Shown here: positions 15,669-20,266 of the stretch, one piece after another
Numbering within the stretch: position 1 is the first letter of the stretch
How the letters are laid out: each line of letters begins with the position of its first letter
Source of the DNA: a bacterium
GTDB lineage: Bacteria; UBP7; UBA6624
Reading direction: 5' to 3'
DNA: 20,266 bases
Assembly: GCA_002716355.1 (NCBI GenBank)
Contig: PBAU01000007.1
Coordinates: 1 to 20,266 of the forward strand
The notes under the pieces: generated by a model
What the model was told of the DNA's origin: nothing
Seen by the model: only the letters and a program-made list of their open reading frames with translations
Databases searched by the model: none
Translations under genes and position numbers: made by a program

Positions 15669-16775
15669 CTAATTTCCCTTGAGTCCTTTTATTAAACCTC
15701 TATGGGAAATTTTTAATTCGTAATTTGAATTGTATAAAGAGGGATATTCATATTTATTATTGTGAAATTTTAACAACCAACTATCATTGTCTCTCATTCC
15801 CCAAAATGTCATTCCAAATTGTTGATTTTTTGGAATAGACATGTATATTTCGGCTATTTCTTTATATTTCTCCTCTTGAATCAATGCCTTTTCGTAATTA
15901 AGTCTTTTAAATGATTTTTCTTTGTTAACAGTTATGTCAATTTCTGAAAAATGAATCAATAATCCTGATTTAATAATTTTTTCTAGATTTTGCTTAATTG
16001 TTTCTTTTTTTGGATTTAGATGATCTATATGCATTTGGAAACCTATTCCATCAATTGGGATATTTTTTTCTTGAAAATTTTTAATCATTTTTTGCACTTT
16101 TTTAATTTTTGAAGGATAACTTTCAAGGTTGTAGTCGTTGTAGAAGAGTTTTACGTCCGGATCTGCTTCTCTTGCCCATTTAAAACACTTGCTCACATAA
16201 TCTTCACCAATTTTTTTTCTAAAGATACTATTTTCTGCTCCTGTAGTGAAAGCTTCATTGACTACATCCCAACCTTCAACAATTGAAACTTCTTCTCCAT
16301 CAATCCTTACTTTTTCTTTTGCAAAGTGGGAAACTGTATTTTGTATATAGTCTTTTATAAGACTCTCAAAGTCTTCATCGGTTCCTTTGTAATTTTTTAG
16401 CCATTTCGGTATTGAGCTATGCCAAATTAAGGCATGACCGAAGACGCGAAAATTGTTTTCTTTTGCAAATTTGACAATCTCATCACCATCACTAAAGTCA
16501 TAAATGCCTGGAGCTTTAAAGATGTTTGCCATTTTCATTTGATTTTCTGCTGTCATGCTATTGAAGTCTCTTTTGAGCGTTGAAACAAACAGGGGGTTTG
16601 ATTTTAGCTTCTCAGAAGAAACAACATTGCCTATAGGAAAAGAGGCGATGTTTTTTATTGACTCTTGAGTTTTGTAGGTTGTGCCACTTTCGTATGATGG
16701 ATTTAGCAAAAAGCTTACAAGGAAGAAAAGAAAAGAAAAGTTTTTAATTATGAAAATTCTCCAGTATTTCTTCAC
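15669..16775 (-). CDS. Secreted glycoside hydrolase family 10 endo-1,4-beta-xylanase
   Basis: GH10 blocks GHALIWHSSIPKWL, WDVVNEAF (acid/base Glu), LFYNDYN, IDGIGFQMHI, FSEIDIT (nucleophile Glu) and TFWGMRDNDSW. N-terminal hydrophobic signal. GTG start at 16773-16775. Confidence 0.9.
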   Translation of the reverse strand: MKKYWRIFIIKNFSFLFFLVSFLLNPSYESGTTYKTQESIKNIASFPIGNVVSSEKLKSNPLFVSTLKRDFNSMTAENQMKMANIFKAPGIYDFSDGDEIVKFAKENNFRVFGHALIWHSSIPKWLKNYKGTDEDFESLIKDYIQNTVSHFAKEKVRIDGEEVSIVEGWDVVNEAFTTGAENSIFRKKIGEDYVSKCFKWAREADPDVKLFYNDYNLESYPSKIKKVQKMIKNFQEKNIPIDGIGFQMHIDHLNPKKETIKQNLEKIIKSGLLIHFSEIDITVNKEKSFKRLNYEKALIQEEKYKEIAEIYMSIPKNQQFGMTFWGMRDNDSWLLKFHNNKYEYPSLYNSNYELKISHRGLIKGLKGN

Positions 16776-16776
16776 A

Positions 16777-16851
16777 TGGTGGAGCTGGAGGGATTCGAAC
16801 CCTCGACCCCTTGTATGCCATACAAGTGCGCTACCACTGCGCCACAGCCCC
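16777..16851 (-). tRNA. tRNA-Ala (anticodon GGC), CCA encoded
   Basis: Manual cloverleaf: GGGGCTG TG GCGC AGTGGTA GCGC A CTTGT ATGGCAT ACAAG GGGTC GAGGG TTCGAAT CCCTC CAGCTCC A CCA. The G3-U70 alanine identity pair is present. Confidence 0.9.
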
Positions 16852-16853
16852 TT

Positions 16854-17198
16854 TTAAGATTCGTAAACTATCAAGCATCCTTCCACTAATCCATCTATAT
16901 CCCAATAATCCCTTGCTGCTGGAGTCATGAGATGAATTATCGTGTCACCCAAATCTAACAAAGTCCATTCTGATTCAGCTTTAGACCCTTCAGGGATAAT
17001 TCCATTGAAGCCATTTTTTTTCAACCATATTTTTGCATTTTCCCTCAATGTTCTTAAATGCGTTTTGTTTTGTGCTGTGGCAATTATGAAATTTTTTGTC
17101 CATGTTATTTTTTTTTCAACATTGATTAGTTTCACCTCTTCAGCAAGTTCTTCAACTAGCATAAGGCTTATTTCTTTTGGTTTGGCGTTCTTCGTCAT
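16854..17198 (-). CDS. rsfS: Ribosome silencing factor RsfS (Iojap family)
   Basis: C-terminal signature EGSKAESEWTLLDLGDTIIHLMTPAARDYWDIDGL matches the RsfS EG...W.L.D.G...VH.F....R..Y.LE.LW pattern. 114 aa. Conserved position after nadD. Confidence 0.9.
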   Translation of the reverse strand: MTKNAKPKEISLMLVEELAEEVKLINVEKKITWTKNFIIATAQNKTHLRTLRENAKIWLKKNGFNGIIPEGSKAESEWTLLDLGDTIIHLMTPAARDYWDIDGLVEGCLIVYES

Positions 17199-17201
17199 TG
17201 T

Positions 17202-18023
17202 TTATTGGTTTATATTTTTTGCAACCCATTGATTCAATTCGCTCATTTCAGGAGACCAGAAGGGACCCATGAATTTACCTGGGAGTATTTCTGTTGTTGG
17301 AGCTTCACCAAGTGTTCTTATCCCGAGTATTAAGGCTTCTTCAATTTTTAAGTTAGTTTCAATGTTTTTTAAGAAATTTTGTATTATGAATATTTTTTTT
17401 AATGTTGCTGTTTTGTGAAATTTTTTTAAAATAGCGTGGGCTAATTTCTGTTGTCTTTGTATTCGTCCTATATCCCCCAATGCATCACTTCTGAACCTTG
17501 CATAAAGCAAAGATTGACGACCATTTAAGTTATGTATGCCAGGTGAAAAGTCAATCAATAGGTTTTGAGATTTGTCTTCATATTTCATTTCTTTTTCTAT
17601 ATGTATTTTTATTCCACCCAAACCATCTATTAGCTGCTCCAGGTTTTTAAAATTTATAACTAGGTATTTGTCTACTGGAATGTTTGCTAACGAGGTTAAA
17701 GCCCCTCTTAAACCTGTTATGTTGCCATTTTCATGCCAACTATGGTTGATCCTGTTTGTTCCATTTTCAGTTTCAACTAAAGTGTCTCTAGGTATTGAAA
17801 GTATTTTTGGGGAGCCCCCTTCTTTAGGTAACGCTGTTAAAAGAATAGTATCAGGGTTTATATCTTCTTTTGATTGGTCTAGCCCGACAATTAAAATTGT
17901 TTCAGATCTTTTTTGTTTGTTTTTTTTGAAGCTTTCTGGAAATTCAAAATACGAAAGAGTCAAAAAGGTCAGTATGGCAAAAAGCATACTTGAAAAAGTT
18001 AAGTTTAAATACCTTCTAATCAC
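17202..18023 (-). CDS. LytR-CpsA-Psr (LCP) family protein with N-terminal membrane anchor
   Basis: LCP blocks ILIVGLD, DTILL, SIPRDT, INFKNLEQLIDGLGGI, LNGRQSLLYARFR and GDIGRIQRQQ. GTG start at 18021-18023 overlaps the nadD end by 8 nt. Confidence 0.85.
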   Translation of the reverse strand: MIRRYLNLTFSSMLFAILTFLTLSYFEFPESFKKNKQKRSETILIVGLDQSKEDINPDTILLTALPKEGGSPKILSIPRDTLVETENGTNRINHSWHENGNITGLRGALTSLANIPVDKYLVINFKNLEQLIDGLGGIKIHIEKEMKYEDKSQNLLIDFSPGIHNLNGRQSLLYARFRSDALGDIGRIQRQQKLAHAILKKFHKTATLKKIFIIQNFLKNIETNLKIEEALILGIRTLGEAPTTEILPGKFMGPFWSPEMSELNQWVAKNINQ

Positions 18024-18579
18024 TGTAAAGACCGTTTGTTTTTATTTGTTGTTTTATTTTTTTTGGCACCATTTCATCAATTGATTCCTTAAGTTTAATT
18101 TTATTTCTTATTTTCGATGATGATATTTTAACAATTTTGTTTCTAAGGAGAGTGCCTTCTTTTTCTTTTTTTGAATTTGTTCTTTCTGCTATCACCATGG
18201 TGCATATTTGAATTAATTCTTTGTAATCTTTCCATTTTTCAATTTTTCTTAAATTATCATCACCAAGCAGTAATGATATTTTTTGATTTTTGTGTATTTT
18301 TTTTATAAATTTAACCTGGTCAATAGCATAGCAAGTTTTTTTTGTTTTGCCTTCAAAATCAGACACTTTTACATTTTTGATCCCCAATGTTCCTAATTTA
18401 CATAATTGCAATCTTTTACTGTAAGGTGCATGAATTTTCTTGCCTACCGGTGATTTGAATGTAGGAATTACATATATAGGGTTATATTTTTTTTCCTCCG
18501 CCATTTTGATTAAGTGTAGATGACCGTTGTGAAACGGATCAAAAGCTCCTCCAAAAATCAATGGTTTCAATTTGGCCAT
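18016..18579 (-). CDS. nadD: Nicotinate-nucleotide adenylyltransferase NadD
   Basis: GGAFDPFHNGH (T/HxGH nucleotidyltransferase motif) and C-terminal SSSKIR (ISSTxIR-like). 187 aa. The ATG overlaps the obg-like gene end by 13 nt. Confidence 0.9.
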   Translation of the reverse strand: MAKLKPLIFGGAFDPFHNGHLHLIKMAEEKKYNPIYVIPTFKSPVGKKIHAPYSKRLQLCKLGTLGIKNVKVSDFEGKTKKTCYAIDQVKFIKKIHKNQKISLLLGDDNLRKIEKWKDYKELIQICTMVIAERTNSKKEKEGTLLRNKIVKISSSKIRNKIKLKESIDEMVPKKIKQQIKTNGLYSD

Positions 18580-19391
18580 TTTTCGATCTCGGTAATGTTT
18601 TCTGAAAGGATTGGTATTTTTGACAATCCATAAGTGAATATCTTTGATTTTGTTGGAATGTTTTTTTGAATCTCTTTAAATTCTTGATTTTTAAAAGATC
18701 CGATAAAAACAATATTCTTTGCGTTTCTTATGTGGTGCAACCATTTTTTTTCTTGATCGAAGTTTGGTATCAGTAATATTTTTTCATTTTCTTTTAGCTT
18801 GTTTACCTTAACGCCTATTATTGGATAGTTTGGCACCATATTTTCATACCTTCTTCCTGTAAGTTTTTCATGAACATCTAAACAGAGGGTATCATTTGAA
18901 ATGATTGCAGTATCGCAGGGTATAAAGTAGTTCATTTTCAAACTTTTTTCATCACCCATTTCTCCTTGTGTGTGTTTTCTTGGAGATCTGTTAACAGAGC
19001 TCGCGAAAGATCTATTACCTTTTCCTCCGCGGCCTCCTTTTAAGGTGAATTCTTGACCATGGCCGTTTAATTTTTTTATTGTCTTGTCATCCATATCTTT
19101 AAGAACTGTTCCAATTGGAACTTTCAACACTAGTGTTTTTCCATTCTTTCCACTTTTTTTGTTTTTTCCACCGGGTTGACCATCTTCAGCCTTGAAGGGT
19201 TTTATTTTTTTGAATTTGTAGAGATCGAATATTGAGGATTCAGCAGTGATCTTCAAATCTCCACCTTTGCCACCATTACCTCCATCAGGACCCATGCTTG
19301 CTCTGAATTTTTGCCTCAGGAAGGAAGTCTTACCATCGCCCCCAGCCCCAGCGATAAAATGAGCTTTAGCCGAATCTACAAATGAACTAAT
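18567..19391 (-). CDS. obg: Obg-like protein: intact Obg N-terminal glycine-rich fold, degenerate P-loop-less remnant of the GTPase domain, non-canonical start
   Basis: Located in the rplU-rpmA-obg-nadD-rsfS position. Obg-fold blocks present: FVDSAKAHFIAGAGGDGKTSFLRQKF, GPDGGNGGKGGDL, VLKVPIGT, KGGRGGKGNRSFASSVNRSPR. The track ORF starts at an internal ATG (19295). The frame stays open up to TAG 19407-19409 and contains only ATT (19389-19391, 19404-19406) or CTG (19401-19403) as possible starts. Confidence 0.8.
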   Translation of the reverse strand: MSSFVDSAKAHFIAGAGGDGKTSFLRQKFRASMGPDGGNGGKGGDLKITAESSIFDLYKFKKIKPFKAEDGQPGGKNKKSGKNGKTLVLKVPIGTVLKDMDDKTIKKLNGHGQEFTLKGGRGGKGNRSFASSVNRSPRKHTQGEMGDEKSLKMNYFIPCDTAIISNDTLCLDVHEKLTGRRYENMVPNYPIIGVKVNKLKENEKILLIPNFDQEKKWLHHIRNAKNIVFIGSFKNQEFKEIQKNIPTKSKIFTYGLSKIPILSENITEIEKWPN

Positions 19392-19395
19392 GAAT

Positions 19396-19650
19396 TTACT
19401 CAGAATCTATTTGTGCCACTTTTTTATTGCCTCTTTTTTTGATGTATTTGACTACTCCATCATCTAAAGCAAATAAAGTGAAATCTTTTCCAATACCAAC
19501 ATTTTTTCCAGGATGAATGCTTTTTCCTCTTTGTCTAACTAGAACATTTCCAGCTGCAACTTTTTGACCATCTGAGCATTTGATCCCAAGACGTTTTCCT
19601 GCAGTTGATCTTAAATTTTTAGTACTACCTTGACCTGTTTTGTGTGCCAT
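19396..19650 (-). CDS. rpmA: 50S ribosomal protein L27
   Basis: [24 protein letters not shown]...GNVLVRQRG...HPG.NVG.GKD.TLFAL matches the canonical L27. 84 aa. Confidence 0.95.
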   Translation of the reverse strand: MAHKTGQGSTKNLRSTAGKRLGIKCSDGQKVAAGNVLVRQRGKSIHPGKNVGIGKDFTLFALDDGVVKYIKKRGNKKVAQIDSE

Positions 19651-19651
19651 A

Positions 19652-19966
19652 TCAACCCTCGATTTTTAATACCTTTAATTGAGTGTATTCTTGTCTATGC
19701 CCAATTATTCGTTTGTAATTTTTTTTAGGTTTGTATTTTTGAACCCTTACTTTTTTGTCTTTTACATGAGAAAGGATTTGACATGTTACTTTTGCTTTTT
19801 CCACAAGTGGTTTCCCAATTTTGACCTTGTCTTTATTGATTGTCATTAAGACTTCTTTGAAAATAACTTTTTTCCCTTTCTCTTCGTCTATCTTGTCTAC
19901 AAATACAACATCTCCAGAAGAAATTAACATTTGTGTTCCTGATGCTTTAATAATTGCTCTTTTCAT
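19652..19966 (-). CDS. rplU: 50S ribosomal protein L21
   Basis: 104 aa. The L21 pattern ([19 protein letters not shown]... basic C-terminal half ...GHRQ.YT.LKV..I) is present, immediately upstream of rpmA. SD GAAGG lies 8 nt before the ATG. Confidence 0.95.
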   Translation of the reverse strand: MKRAIIKASGTQMLISSGDVVFVDKIDEEKGKKVIFKEVLMTINKDKVKIGKPLVEKAKVTCQILSHVKDKKVRVQKYKPKKNYKRIIGHRQEYTQLKVLKIEG

Positions 19967-20070
19967 AAATCAAACCTTCGTAATATACTATTATATAACT
20001 TTTATGGAAAGATTTTTTGGGCAAGTAACAAATCTAACTTTGATTCTAGGAATCATTGGAGGTTTGATTT
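19967..20070 (-). promoter_or_regulatory. rplU 5' leader with a possible SD-sequestering long-range helix
   Basis: In mRNA sense, AAATCAAACCT (20070-20060) is the perfect complement of AGGTTTGATTT (19977-19967). The latter covers part of the SD and the whole spacer up to the rplU ATG. Two further CCTT(C) anti-SD-like elements lie upstream. Confidence 0.3.
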
Positions 20071-20099
20071 GGTTTTTTGTATCAAGGTTGAGAAGGTAA

Positions 20100-20265
20100 T
20101 CAATCTCCTTTCCAGACAACCGCCAATAACGCAAGACACATTTCATCCAAAGATGTGTTTCCAAGTCTGACATCTATAGGCTCATTGATGTCATCGTATT
20201 CTTCGAGAGCATAGGCAAGGAAAGGATTGTTCATCGTATTGTCAAAAGTGCATTTGAATTCAATA
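20100..20265 (-). CDS. 3' end of a CDS (5' part outside window); C-terminus carries a T-x-DEMC motif
   Basis: The frame is open from the window edge: IEFKCTFDNTMNNPFLAYALEEYDDINEPIDVRLGNTSLDEMCLALLAVVWKGD, then TGA (20100-20102). The [ST]xDEMC motif recalls the C-terminal domain of copper type II (DBH/PHM-like) monooxygenases, from memory only. Confidence 0.45.
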   Translation of the reverse strand, partial: IEFKCTFDNTMNNPFLAYALEEYDDINEPIDVRLGNTSLDEMCLALLAVVWKGD

Positions 20266-20266
20266 G

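Noticed and set aside
14110-16851. An integrated mobile element or prophage remnant at the tRNA genes.
   Set aside because: There is no integrase, transposase or phage gene, and I could not see a direct repeat of a tRNA 3' segment. I kept it only as an accessory-islet hypothesis.
17572-18084. A 170-aa + strand ORF antisense to the LCP and nadD genes.
   Set aside because: It is the mirror frame of a Lys-rich, well-supported minus-strand gene (AAA/TTT complementarity). The product is Phe/Ser/Leu-rich junk with no motifs, and the homology-supported LCP gene fully explains the region.
19990-19995. A TATAAT -10 hexamer (minus strand) as the rplU promoter.
   Set aside because: No acceptable -35 lies at 16-18 nt, and such hexamers are frequent in AT-rich DNA. 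I note it only because, if real, it would exclude the 5' arm of the proposed leader helix.
20004-20099. A 31-aa + strand hydrophobic mini-ORF (MERFFGQVTNLTLILGIIGGLIWFFVSRLRR) within the rplU upstream region. It is the ATG-initiated tail of track ORF 19821-20099.
   Set aside because: It has no SD and lies antisense to the rplU leader or promoter between two minus-strand genes. The hydrophobic reading is expected from the complement of an A-rich leader. I cannot exclude a real micro-protein, but nothing supports it.
19991-20173. A 60-aa minus-strand ORF overlapping the end of the truncated CDS and the rplU leader.
   Set aside because: It competes with a frame that is open to the window edge and ends in a recognisable DEMC-type C-terminus. 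It would also run through the rplU leader, and its composition is unremarkable.

Overview
AT-rich, very tightly packed bacterial chromosomal segment. I see no transposase, integrase, CRISPR array, rRNA or recognisable defence or toxin genes. Taxon is not determinable by eye. Gene order, left to right: the truncated 3' end of a CDS with a (QGGPP)n tail; a tail-anchored J-domain protein; YaaA; a DUF1028 ORF and a TPR ORF that look like one gene split by an in-frame TGA; a PQQ-type sugar dehydrogenase; a small CxxC membrane protein overlapping ispH; a DUF3293-like protein; a DAACS symporter; a polytopic membrane protein; an LMW tyrosine phosphatase; a complete sufC-B-D-S-U operon; and an MFS transporter. 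The right half is entirely minus strand: tRNA-Arg(TCT), a small Cys/His ORF, an orphan secreted protein with a Gly/Asp repeat, a GH10 xylanase, tRNA-Ala(GGC), then rsfS, an LCP-family gene, nadD, an obg-like gene, rpmA and rplU, and the 3' end of one more CDS. Most of the window is housekeeping. The items most worth a second look are listed here. (1) The obg-position gene keeps an intact Obg N-terminal fold, but its GTPase domain has lost the P-loop and other G motifs, and it has no canonical start codon. (2) The in-frame TGA sits inside a conserved DUF1028 block. (3) A 2.6-kb tRNA-flanked islet holds the orphan repeat protein. (4) tRNA-Ala is wedged 1-2 nt from the flanking CDSs. (5) An 11-nt perfect long-range complement can sequester the rplU Shine-Dalgarno. 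I cannot point to a coherent multi-gene novel system with confidence. Function calls rest on motif recognition from memory, not database searches.
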